Below, in pieces: positions 50,837-61,225 of a stretch of DNA of 64,000 nucleotides (position 1 is the stretch's first letter; every line of letters begins with the position of its first letter). The translations under genes were made by a program, and so were the position numbers. This stretch comes from an uncultured bacterium (lineage in GTDB: Bacteria > Zixibacteria > MSB-5A5 > CAIYYT01), in assembly GCA_963726455.1 (NCBI GenBank), contig CAVSCK010000004.1:1504001-1568000 (forward strand). Reading direction: 5' to 3'. A model generated the notes under the pieces. That model was not told the origin of the DNA and searched no databases. It was given only the letters and a program-made list of their open reading frames with translations.

Positions 50837-51271
50837 ATGAAGAACGTTGACACAAAACTGATTGCACCCTGCGGAATCGACTGCTCGATTTGCGAGCTTT
50901 ACAAGACGAATATCACGGATGAATTCGCGGCCACCGTGTCGGAGAGAACAGGAAGGCTAAAAGACAAGCTGCCTTGCGAGGGCTGCAAGCCGGGGCATGG
51001 CAATTGCACGACGATGACCGGCCCCTGCCTGACGTTTGAATGCGTGACCAAGAAAGGTGTCGAATACTGCTTTGAGTGCGACGAATTCCCTTGCGAAAAG
51101 CTTGCCCCGGTCGCCCAGGGAGCCGACCGTTTCCCGCACAATATTAAGGTATACAATCTCTGCCGCATGAAGCTGGTCGGTGTCGAAAAATGGGCGGCCG
51201 AAGAGTCTGAGAAGATCAAGACAAACTACTTCACCGGCAAATTCGGGATCGGCAAAGGGCAGGCGAAGTAG
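50837..51271 (+). CDS. DUF3795 Cys-rich protein
   Basis: APCGIDCSIC, CEGC, YCFECDEFPC. Confidence 0.85.
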   Translation: MKNVDTKLIAPCGIDCSICELYKTNITDEFAATVSERTGRLKDKLPCEGCKPGHGNCTTMTGPCLTFECVTKKGVEYCFECDEFPCEKLAPVAQGADRFPHNIKVYNLCRMKLVGVEKWAAEESEKIKTNYFTGKFGIGKGQAK

Positions 51272-51371
51272 CCATCCCAAGCTAAAATAGAGTCGCGGAA
51301 TTTCCCCAAATAATATGCCCGGCAGAAGATTACGTCTGCCAGGCTGTCTTGGAGGGTTGAAAGTCTGACCG

Positions 51372-51956
51372 CTATTTCGCGGCCGGTGCAACAGGTAAAT
51401 GCACCATGTTGTTTACCGGCTTCAGACTCTTCAAATAGGTAAAGATGGCACCAAGTTCGGCGTCCGACGCCTGGCCAATTTCCTGCCACGGCATCGGCGG
51501 TAGAATATCGCGGCCTGTGCCAAGATGCTTACCCGTGCGCAAGGCCTTGATGAATGCGGCCTCGGTCCAAGCGCCGCTACCGGTAGTTTGGTCGGGCGTA
51601 AGATTGGCTGCGAAACTCACACCCCACGGACCTGCCCAGATAGTCATGTCATTGCTTCCCAGGAAGCCCCATTGATCGGGCGCAATGATATTGCCGGGGA
51701 CGTCCGGCAATTTGCCTTCCGAGGGTGAACCACTCAACAGGCGTGAGGCGTCAGGCGCCGGCCCCTGCTGGGTAAATAGCTTCGGTGAGTGGCAGTCATT
51801 GCAGCCGCCCATCAAGACCAGATGTTCGCCGGTCCTGATTAACTGCGCCTGCCGGTCTTTTTCCCCGGTTTTGGGTGTCTGGGCGCTCACGGCGAGAAAT
51901 GCCATCGCTACGATTACGGCAATCGCCGACAGAAACAAAGCCCTCTTTGGAATCAC
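51372..51956 (-). CDS. Secreted c-type cytochrome (single CXXCH)
   Basis: SD ggagg plus GTG; GCNDCHSP, GPWGVSFAANLTPD, PPMPW. Confidence 0.85.
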   Translation of the reverse strand: MIPKRALFLSAIAVIVAMAFLAVSAQTPKTGEKDRQAQLIRTGEHLVLMGGCNDCHSPKLFTQQGPAPDASRLLSGSPSEGKLPDVPGNIIAPDQWGFLGSNDMTIWAGPWGVSFAANLTPDQTTGSGAWTEAAFIKALRTGKHLGTGRDILPPMPWQEIGQASDAELGAIFTYLKSLKPVNNMVHLPVAPAAK

Positions 51957-52099
51957 GTTTGTTCCTCCTATGTTTGCTTGTTTAACGCAGAGTCCGGCAT
52001 CCGAGTTTGACCGGCGGGCAAGAAAGTTGGGTGTCCTGGCTGGTGCAGGAAGTTGCTCCAATACGACCGCCCCAAAGGCAGTCGCGAACGTATAAATGG

Positions 52100-52127
52100 T
52101 TGACAGTATTGCTCAAACATCTATCTT
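52100..52127 (+). promoter_or_regulatory. sigma-70 promoter of the Rsb-like operon
   Basis: TTGACA-16-TATCTT. Confidence 0.5.
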
Positions 52128-52194
52128 GAGTGCACTGAATCATTAGTGGGCTACGCAGCTTTAGCTGCGACAAGTAGTTAGAAGAAAGGAAGAT

Positions 52195-52543
52195 ATGAAG
52201 CTCAACAGCCGTGAACAGAACGGTGTGATCGTTATTCTGGAACCCAAGGGGAAGATCATGGGCGGGCCGGATGCGACCGTTGCTCAAGGAAGCAATCCGC
52301 GATCATGTCAACCAGTCAAGGAAGAATGTCGTGATCGATCTGAAGGAAGTCGACTGGATGAATTCGACCGGACTGGGAATCATGATTTCCTGCCTGAAGA
52401 CCGTGCGGGAAGCCGGTGGTGACATGAAGCTGGCCAACGTGACCGACAAGATCAAGTCGCTGTTGACGATCACCAAGCTGATCACCGTGTTTGACGCCTA
52501 CAACTCCACCGATGACGCGGTTGCTTCGATCGGAAAACAGTAG
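52195..52543 (+). CDS. STAS anti-sigma antagonist (RsbV/SpoIIAA-like), one +1 frameshift near 52279
   Basis: ORFs 52195 and 52271 join: GKIMGGPDAT-LLKE...VDWMNSTGLG. Confidence 0.88.
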
Positions 52544-52561
52544 TCATTCAGCTCTGACACG

Positions 52562-52991
52562 ATGCTAAAGAAACCGGAGATTCAACAGAACAGGATTACC
52601 ATTCCTTCCGATCCGGCGTTGATTCGGGAGGTTGACGAGTTTGTCGAGTCGAAGCTCAGAGAGCGTCAATCTCACCGACTCCCTCATCGCCGACATTGCC
52701 ATCTGCGCAACCGAGATCGTCAACAACGGCATTAATCACGGCAACAAACAGGATCTGAACAAGACCGTTACCCTCGAACTCAGAGCTGATCCCGAGCAAG
52801 TCGTAATTACCGTCACCGATCAAGGGGAGTCTTTTGACCAGGCCCGAGTCGAGGATCCTGTCGATCCGCGCAATCTGTTGCGGGAAGTCGGCAGAGGCAT
52901 ATTTATCGTGAGGCACTTGATGGACAGCGTGGAGATTCATCGTGCTGACGGCGGGGGAACTGTTGTGACCCTCACCAAGAAAATCGCTTGA
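52562..52991 (+). CDS. RsbW/SpoIIAB-like anti-sigma Ser kinase, one +1 frameshift near 52667
   Basis: ITIPSD...EIVNNGINHGN, VTDQG, GRGIFIV. Confidence 0.88.
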
Positions 52992-53011
52992 TCCCGGTCT
53001 CGGGAGGTAGA

Positions 53012-55238
53012 GTGAATCTTGAACTGGTAATTGCCGTAGTCTATCTCGCCTGCGCAACCCTTCTCTTCATCATCGCCTTTCTGATTTATCAGGAAGATCA
53101 GCGCAAGCGGATCAACCGCATCACGGCATTGATGTTCGGTTTTGCCGGCTTCGGCCCCTTTTCTATGGCCTGGGGCAACTTGGTGGCGCACACTGTCCTG
53201 ACACGTAGCGCACTGTACAATTCCGTCTACGTCTGGGAATTATTCTTCCCGCAACTCGTGTTCTTTGCGCTCTGCTTCCCAACCGAGACTCGCTTCTATC
53301 ACCGTTTCCCAAGGCTGAAGTACATCATTTTCGTTCCCCATGTCTTTCATCTGCTGCTGACCACGGTGCTGGCTAATCCCGACAAGCTCGTGAAAATGAT
53401 TGATCCCCGGGAAATGGGAACGCTGGGCAAGGCGATTTTTGGTCCTCTCGAACAGGTGGCGATGGTGGTGGGCACGCTGTTTTCGATGCTTTCTGGACAG
53501 TCACACCAAGCTATTTTCGATTGTCAATTTCGTCTATGTGATCGTTGCCGCGATCATCCTGTATCAGGGCACCAAGCGCGTTATTGCGCCCCAATTGCGC
53601 AAACAGGTTGTCGTCGTGATCTACGGCATCATCTCCGCACTCGCCCTGTATGTCGTCGGCCTTCATTCTTCCCAATCTGGGCGTGATGGTACTTTCACGC
53701 GGCCTGACGACGACGCTCACTATCCTGGCGTTGATTCTCGGCTGCGGTTCAATCGTCTGGGCGATCGTGCGCTATCGCTTCATGGATGTCCGCCTGATCG
53801 TGCGGCAGTCGCTGGTCTATTCGGCGACTTCAGCGCTGGTGGTCGGCGCGTACGTGCTGATCATACGCCAGATCGAGCGCATCATCTCCACGCTGTTCGG
53901 AGTCAACGTTCCCGGCGTTGAGATAGTCTTCATTATCGTGGCGCTGATTCTATTCCAGCCAGTGATGAACCAGACTCGACGAACTAATCCGTAAACTGTT
54001 CATTCGCGACAAAGCTGACTTTCGCAACATCTCGCAGAACTTTTCCCGACAAGATCGCCTCGATGTTCGAATTGCGGGAGATATTCGCGCTGGCCTACGA
54101 GGTGCTTCACGACCAAGTACTCATTGAGCAAAGCTACATTTTCATCAAGCAGGACAATCCCTCGCGATTGTGCACGATTGTCGCTGCCCAGGACTTCGAG
54201 CGCGGAGCCGTCTTCACCGTCGAGGATGCTCTGGTTGAGGAAGTGTCGCGCAGCGGCGGCGTGATCAATCTGGACGAGCTGATTGCCAAGTTTCCGACAT
54301 CGAACCTGATCCTGCATCTGGCGGAATTGAAGATCCGCTTTTTGACGCCGCTTGTGTCCGGCGATGAGCTTCTTGGCTGCATGGCGGTCTCCGACAAAGT
54401 CTCCGGTTATCGGTTGAATTACGAGGACGTCACAACGCTGGCGACCATTGCCAACCAGTTGGCGGTGGCAATCACCACTTCGCGGCTATACCAGGAATCG
54501 ATCGAGAAACAACGCCTTGAAGAAGAAATGAACATTGCCCGCACGATTCAGAAGGAGCTCTTGCCACGAGAGTTTCCGCGCGGTGTGGATTTCGAGTTTT
54601 CCGCCTACTCCGAACCGTCACGGCAGGTTGGGGGCGACTATTTTGACTTTATCACGACCCCTCGCAAAACCTTCGGCGTCATCGTTGGAGACGCCTCCGG
54701 CAAAGGAATGCCGGCGGCATTGTTGATCAGCCAGATTCAGGCGGCGATTCGATCGGAAATTCGTCATGAAGTGCATCTGGGCAAGGTGCTTTCCAATGTC
54801 AACGACTTGATCCAGCAATCTTCCGATTCCGAGAAATTCGCGACGCTCTTTTTCGCCGAATTCGATCCGAACACGAAGATCCTGCGATACTCCAATGCCG
54901 GGCACAACTATCCGATCGTTGTCTCGGAGGGATCAACTCACCAGCGTCTTGATTGCGGCGGCACGGTGCTGGGGGCATTCCCGGACATCAACTACGATCA
55001 GGGCGAGGTGCAGTTGCGAAAGAATGATGTTCTGTTATTTTACACCGACGGATTGAGTGAAGCCACCAACGAACATGACGAGCAGTACGGCGAGGATCGC
55101 ATCATGACACTTATAACCACGCACCGCCATCTGACGCCGCGCGAAATTGAGCGCAAGATTATCGAAGACGTGCGCGCTTTCGCCGGAAGTGATAGCTTGT
55201 CTGACGATATGACACTGGTAATTCTGAAAGTAATGTAA
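53012..55238 (+). CDS. Membrane sensor-GAF-SpoIIE (PP2C) phosphatase, RsbU-like, four +1 frameshifts
   Basis: ORFs 52988, 53400, 53650 and 54063 join; TM region, GAF, ARTIQ..LLP, VGGDYFD, GDASGKG, YTDG, DDMT. Confidence 0.88.
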
Positions 55239-55239
55239 G

Positions 55240-55771
55240 ATGCGCATTAAAGATCCGATTTCCAGCTTCAGCAACTGCCCTCTTTGCGCCACGCCGCTGC
55301 GACTGGTCGAGCACGATCACCGCGCTCGCATGGTTTGTCCCGCCTGTGACTTCGTCGATTTTCACAATCCGGCCCCGGCCGCCGGCGCGGTAGTCGTTCG
55401 AGTACGGCAAGCTGCTTTTGGTCAAACGCGCCGCCGAGCCCTACGCCGGTGACTGGTGTATTCCGGCCGGCTTTATGGAGTGGGACGAGTCGCCGCAACA
55501 TTGTACCGAGCGCGAGCTCAAGGAGGAAACGGGACTCGACATAGTCGCTGGAAAGATTTTCAATGTCTATTCCGGCACCGATGATCCGCGCACCAACGCC
55601 GTGTTGATTCTCTATTTCTGCGAGGTTGTCTCAGGTACGGCGGTTGCCGGAGACGATGCCGCTGAAGTAGAATTCTTTGGTCTGAAAGAAATTCCTGGCA
55701 ATATCGCCTTCCAGGCGCATCGCCAGGCAATTGCTGATTTGGTTAGTGGCTACCCGGGATTATTGAATTAG
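55240..55771 (+). CDS. Zinc-ribbon NUDIX hydrolase, one +1 frameshift near 55403
   Basis: CPLC..CPAC, NPAPAA, GFMEWDE...RELKEETG. Confidence 0.88.
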
Positions 55772-55773
55772 CC

Positions 55774-57232
55774 GTGACACTCAAGCAAAAACTATTCTTC
55801 TCGTTTCTGGTGCTGGCATTCTTGCCGACGGCAGCGCTGTTGATTTTCTCTTACCGTCTGGCGACCGAAGGGGCCGATTTGCTGGCGGCGCGGGGTGTGT
55901 CGCAGACTCTTGATGCCGCCGACAGTCTCGCGGTCAATCTGGTTGACTACGAACAGCAGCGGCTACTCGATGAATGCCGCTTCATCGTCAACGCCGACGA
56001 TTCGTTGCGCAAGCGTCTCGTAGCCGTAGATTCGGCCCTTTGTTTCCTGCGGACAACCGACGCATCGGGAACTGTCGAGTATGGCAGACTACCCGAAGAA
56101 GTTCATGGTATTTTCAGCAGGATTGAGCAGATGAACTTCGATTCGTCCGGTCGTACGCCCGTCGATGACCGCCTCCTGTTGTGGGCAACACTCAAGCAGG
56201 ACGGCAAACGCATTATCGGCGGCAGATACCTTTCCGACACAACTTTCGCTCTCGCCAATCGTGTCATGGACGGTCGCGCCAACTATGTCAGTTTGTCGAA
56301 AAATCTACTGCCGGGCGGGAAGAATCTGCTGCTCAAGATTACCATTGCGCTGATAATTGTCTCGCTGATTGTGTCCCTGCTCGCGGCACAGTCGTTGTCG
56401 TTTGGTTTTTCTGCGCCTCTGGAGCGGCTTGTCGATGCCACGCGCCAAATCAGCCGTGGTGATCTCAAGCACCGCATCCCCGTGACCGGAACGGATGAGA
56501 TCGGCGCCCTGACCAGCCACTTCAATACGATGACCGAGTCGCTGGAAGCCGTGACGCGGAATCTTATCGCCGCCGAAAAGGAGATGATCTGGCGCGAAAA
56601 TGCCCGCACTGTAGCACATGAAATCAAGAACCTGCTGACGCCGGTCAATGTGGCGCTGTACCAGATTCGCCACAAGTTTCTGTCCGAGTCTGGCGCCGAT
56701 CCCTCAGCTCGGCAAGGCGGTTGACGCCTTATCAGGAGAGATCGAGGCCATTTCCGACCTCGCGAAGCAGTTTGCCATCTTTGCCCATCCCGCGAAACTG
56801 GCGCGTACTGATATCGAACTGGCTGCCTTGATCAATCAGGTGATTGCGTTACACGCCGGTTCTGCGGGTGAGCGCTCGATCACCGCGATGATCGAGCCGC
56901 CGACACTGACGGTGTTCGCCGATCACGATCTGCTCAAACGGGTTGTCTCGAATCTGCTCAAGAACAGCATCGAGGCAACTTCAGATAAAGGAATCATCAG
57001 CATCAGGGCGGACGAACAGCCGGACAAGAATGTTCTGGAGGTGTCCGACAACGGAATCGGCGCCGACGACAAGTTGGATCTCACGCAACCATACTTCACT
57101 ACCAAGAAGGCAGGTACCGGGCTGGGTTTGGCGATTGTGAAAAAAGTTTGCGAAGCCCACGGTTGGACGTTTAGTTATGGCAATTTGGAAAAGGGATTTT
57201 TCGCCCTTATCGAAATGCCACGGAGTTTATGA
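55774..57232 (+). CDS. NtrY-like HAMP histidine kinase, one +1 frameshift near 56701
   Basis: Two TM, HAMP, WRENARTVAHEIKN, NLLKNS, DNGIG, GTGLGL. Confidence 0.9.
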
Positions 57233-58572
57233 AAAATCGAATCTTCATCGTTGATGACGACGCCGCAATCCGCCGTGCACTTGACTCACTTCTGTGTGAC
57301 AAGGGCTATCAAATCAAAGCGTTCGGCTCCGTTGCCGCTTTCCGTCAAGCAGTGGCAGCCAATTGTGTTGCGGTCTTGCTGTTGGACATTGCCCTTCCCG
57401 ATGATGACGGCCTGACCGCACTTCCAAAAATCAAGGACGAATTCCCCGAACTGGAAATCATCATGATCACCGGCGAGGCAACTATCCAGCGCGCCATTCA
57501 GGCAACCAAGTCCGGCGCCTACGATTTTCTGGAGAAACCGGTTGACCCGGAGCGGTTGCTGTTGACGCTGAGAAATCTCTTCGATGCTATCAACCTGCGC
57601 ACCGAGTTGGCGTCCGAACGTGACGACGAACGCTATCGCATCATCGGTGAATCGAAAGCCGTACGCGACATGATCGCCAAGATAACGGCCGTGGCTGCGA
57701 CAGATTCGACCGTCCTTATACTTGGAGAGAACGGAACCGGCAAGGAGTTGGTCGCCGATCAACTCTGGATGCACTCCAAACGTCGACAGCAGCGGCTGGT
57801 CAAACTCAATTGCGCCGCCCTGCCGCATGAGCTGGCTGAGTCGGAGCTTTTCGGCTACCGCAAGGGCGCTTTCACCGGCGCTGAGCGAAATCGCGACGGC
57901 AAGTTCAAGACAGCCGACGGCGGTACGATCTTCCTTGACGAAATCGCGGAACTGTCCCCGGCAATTCAGGCCAAGCTCTTGCGTGTGCTGGAGAGCGGCG
58001 AAATCGAACCCCTCGGTTCCGACACGATTGAAACCGTCGATGTACGGGTCATCACCGCCACCAATCGCAATCTGGAACAACTGGTGTCGACCGGCAAGTT
58101 CCGCACCGATCTTTACTACCGGCTCAACATTGTGCCAATCGAGGTTCCCCCCTTGCGCGACCGTCGCGAGGACATCCCGATTCTTTTACAGCACTTTCTG
58201 CAACGACTCTCCCGCACTACCGGTCTTGGCGTCAAGAATTTCGTGCCCGATGCCACAGGTTACCTTGCGGGGCTTGAATGGCGCGGCAACATCCGAGAAC
58301 TTCGCAATGTCGTCGAGCGCTGCTATATCATGAGCCGGTCGCCCATAATCGACCTGGATGAACTACAGCGCTTGATCGGCGGCTCCGGCTCTAACGACTT
58401 CGATCAAGAGGAAACCACGAACCAACTGATCGCCGCAGTCGGCCAATTCGAGCGGTCATTTCTCAAGTCCGAGTTGGATAAGTATCAGGGGAATATCAGC
58501 GAGCTGGCACGCGCCCTCGGAATCGACCGCGGCAATCTTTCCAAGAAACTGAAGGCCTACGGTCTCGTGTAA
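57229..58572 (+). CDS. sigma-54 response regulator (NtrX/NtrC family)
   Basis: REC domain, GENGTGKE, GAFTGA, LDEI, DLYYRL, Fis-type HTH. Confidence 0.95.
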   Translation: MKNRIFIVDDDAAIRRALDSLLCDKGYQIKAFGSVAAFRQAVAANCVAVLLLDIALPDDDGLTALPKIKDEFPELEIIMITGEATIQRAIQATKSGAYDFLEKPVDPERLLLTLRNLFDAINLRTELASERDDERYRIIGESKAVRDMIAKITAVAATDSTVLILGENGTGKELVADQLWMHSKRRQQRLVKLNCAALPHELAESELFGYRKGAFTGAERNRDGKFKTADGGTIFLDEIAELSPAIQAKLLRVLESGEIEPLGSDTIETVDVRVITATNRNLEQLVSTGKFRTDLYYRLNIVPIEVPPLRDRREDIPILLQHFLQRLSRTTGLGVKNFVPDATGYLAGLEWRGNIRELRNVVERCYIMSRSPIIDLDELQRLIGGSGSNDFDQEETTNQLIAAVGQFERSFLKSELDKYQGNISELARALGIDRGNLSKKLKAYGLV

Positions 58573-58700
58573 TTTTCACACGGCTAATGCATCTTAATCA
58601 AGTTCGACTCGTAGAAAGGACACAGAGGGCTACCTGCCATTTAGCAGTTGCATGCAGTTTAGCATGTATAGATAATAGCTGCGACTGACTCCGGCATTTC

Positions 58701-58716
58701 CGGCACGATGATTGCT
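58701..58716 (+). promoter_or_regulatory. sigma-54 promoter
   Basis: CGGCAC-gatga-TTGCT about 40 bp before SD aaggag and ATG 58755. Confidence 0.7.
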
Positions 58717-58754
58717 TTGTCGTAGGTCAGGAAGGTTTAAAGGAGACACACATC

Positions 58755-60464
58755 ATGAAATATCTAATGGGATTGTTGACCATAATCGCCCTGACCACAC
58801 CGGCATTGGCTCAGGATTCCTCTGAAATCAGTCTGGAAGTCATCTTCACGCGCACGAACGGCACTATTCAAGCCGTCGGTGCGAGAGATACGGCCAAGGT
58901 CGAGTTCGCCTTCGCCGAAATCCGCAAATCGGCAAACCAGATCCTGATCCGCGACCGAGTCCTGATCTCCGGCGATTCGCTCTTTGTCGGCAACAGGGTT
59001 TTCGCCCTCGACACGTTGACACCCTATGACGTCAACACTTGCTGCGGCGGTTTCAAATTGACCCTGGCTAAACAGGAAGAACGCGCTCATTCCCGGCGCG
59101 CAGTCGACAGGTTTCGCTATGCCTCGTTCCAGAAAGTAAATGTGCCGCCCGGTGATTTCGTGCGCGGCAACGTGTTCTGTGTCGGTGGCGAGGCGGTGAT
59201 TGAAGGCGAGGTCAACGGTTACGTGGTAGCGCTGTTTGGTGATGTCCGCCTGACCAGCGCCGCAATCTGCCAGCGCGACGTCTTTGCTATCGGGGGCGAA
59301 ATTCACAAACATCGGCAGGCCAGAGTTTACGGCACTTACCAGTCTACCGAGTCCTGGCAACAGGCCAAAGTCCACTACCGCAAGAAAGGCACAGCTGACA
59401 AATCTGCCGTGCACGTCGGACTTGATGCCTCGTACACCCGCGTGGACGGCCTATCCCTGATTCCGAGCGTGACCTTTCAGTCGGAGGAGAAACTGCTTCC
59501 CAAGTTTTTTTTCAAATACGGGTACGGCTTTACGTCCAAAGTCTCCAAGTACCAGCTTGGCTTTGAGCAGACGCTGTTTGACGTCAATCAGACCAAGTTC
59601 GGCGGCTCCGTCTATCGCGTGACGGACACAGAGGACGACTGGATTTGCGATGAGAGTGAGAACAATCTGTATGCGTTGCTGATTCGCGAGGATTTCCGCG
59701 ATTACTATCAGGCAGAAGGCGGCAAGATCTTCGCCGAACAGTCGATCGACTACAATCACACATTTCGGCTGGAGTATTCTTACGAAGCGCTGGGTAATAT
59801 GATGGCACATCCGAGATTGTGGTCCCTATTTGGCGGTGACAAACGCTTCCGCGACAATTTTTCGTCAGTTGACCAGGAGCGTCGTAACGACGGCCTGGAG
59901 TATTACAGCACTAAGAACGAAGCTGTTCTTACCGCTTCGTACGTGCTCAACACCGTCGAAGATCAGCGGGGTTCATTGGCGCGCGCCGGATGGGTTGCCG
60001 GAGTGGAGTACGAACATTCATCCATTCAGCTTGGTTCTGATTTTGACTACGATCGCTACACGCTGGAACTGAGGCGTTATCAACCGCTGACCTATATTCA
60101 GAATCTCAATGTGAGATTATTGTACGGCGGCGCATCCGGCACCCTGCCGTTGCACCGTCTGTTCTATCTTGGCGGGATTCGCACTCTGAGAGCTTACGGC
60201 ATCAAACAGTTCTACGGTTCTCATGTGGCGCTGGCTGACGCCGAATATGTCGTCAACTTCCCCAAGAGCGATGTGGGCGTAGCGTTACTGTTCGATATGG
60301 GCAAGACCGGTTGGAATAACAACTTTCTTTCCAAGGGTGGTTGGCATGGTGACGTCGGAATTGGATTCCGCGCCAGCGAATACTTGCGTCTGGAAGTGAC
60401 CCGACAGATAAACGGAGACACCGACAAACTTCAGTTGAGTGCACTGATAGGCAGAAGTTTCTGA
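58755..60464 (+). CDS. Omp85/BamA-TamA-like outer-membrane protein with N-terminal beta-helix-like segment
   Basis: Signal peptide; GNVFCVGG/GYVVALFG/DVFAIGG repeats; YTRVDG; FYLGGIRTLRAY; C-terminal F. Confidence 0.78.
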   Translation: MKYLMGLLTIIALTTPALAQDSSEISLEVIFTRTNGTIQAVGARDTAKVEFAFAEIRKSANQILIRDRVLISGDSLFVGNRVFALDTLTPYDVNTCCGGFKLTLAKQEERAHSRRAVDRFRYASFQKVNVPPGDFVRGNVFCVGGEAVIEGEVNGYVVALFGDVRLTSAAICQRDVFAIGGEIHKHRQARVYGTYQSTESWQQAKVHYRKKGTADKSAVHVGLDASYTRVDGLSLIPSVTFQSEEKLLPKFFFKYGYGFTSKVSKYQLGFEQTLFDVNQTKFGGSVYRVTDTEDDWICDESENNLYALLIREDFRDYYQAEGGKIFAEQSIDYNHTFRLEYSYEALGNMMAHPRLWSLFGGDKRFRDNFSSVDQERRNDGLEYYSTKNEAVLTASYVLNTVEDQRGSLARAGWVAGVEYEHSSIQLGSDFDYDRYTLELRRYQPLTYIQNLNVRLLYGGASGTLPLHRLFYLGGIRTLRAYGIKQFYGSHVALADAEYVVNFPKSDVGVALLFDMGKTGWNNNFLSKGGWHGDVGIGFRASEYLRLEVTRQINGDTDKLQLSALIGRSF

Positions 60465-60465
60465 T

Positions 60466-61152
60466 GTGATCAATCGCTACGGCTCGGTCCTCATTCTATT
60501 TTTCGTCTGGCTGTCGCCGGCCCTGGCGGCAGAACGGGAGGTTGCGTCGGTGCCTGCTTCGGTATCCGGCGACACCCTGTTCGTACTGTTTCCGTTCGCA
60601 AGTTTCCTGACCTCAGACGATTCCGCCTCAATAGTCGACGGCGAGCCGGTCAGCGTCATTTGCCGTTTGGAGTTGTGGCAAAAGCGCCGGCTCTGGTTTG
60701 ACCGCATGCGAACAGAGTTAATTGCTTATGCAGTAATAAGTTATGATAGGTGGAGCGAGAAATTCGTGGCCGATGCGCTCACCAGTGCAGACACGGACTC
60801 GTCTTTTGATTCGGCTTACCTCGATTCGCTAGCTGGCACGTTACAGTACTTTCTCACATTCCCGTTTCGGCTCCAGCCGGGCGACTATGCCAAAGAAAGT
60901 TACATGGCATATTCTCTTGAATTACAGTACGTTACACCTGACAAGGTCGGCGAATTGAAAGACTGGCTGTTCGGGGGCAAACATAAAAAGTCCCCCTCGA
61001 TTCAACCCCGCGGCCAGTCCCTGCCTGGAAAACTCTTCAATATAGTGCTCAATTCGACCGGATTCCGCAACCGATCGTACGTTCGCAGCTCATTGCCCTT
61101 CTTCCCCGGACAAATCACCGGCTCCATAAGCTTCCCGGCAGCGCTTAACTAA
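60466..61152 (+). CDS. DUF4390-like exported protein
   Basis: Signal peptide; IVDGEPV..LELWQKRRLWFD, ISYDRWSEKF. Confidence 0.55.
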   Translation: MINRYGSVLILFFVWLSPALAAEREVASVPASVSGDTLFVLFPFASFLTSDDSASIVDGEPVSVICRLELWQKRRLWFDRMRTELIAYAVISYDRWSEKFVADALTSADTDSSFDSAYLDSLAGTLQYFLTFPFRLQPGDYAKESYMAYSLELQYVTPDKVGELKDWLFGGKHKKSPSIQPRGQSLPGKLFNIVLNSTGFRNRSYVRSSLPFFPGQITGSISFPAALN

Positions 61153-61225
61153 TTGCCCAAGTAGCCGATACCTTTATTGAAGGTTTGGAAAGCGGAACTT
61201 TTATTCGTCCGTAAAGGATTGTGTT

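Noticed and set aside
52195-57232. Programmed frameshifting or true pseudogenes in the Rsb/NtrY genes
   Set aside because: No slippery heptamers, uniform +1 direction, intact catalytic motifs and no nonsense codons; sequencing error is more parsimonious
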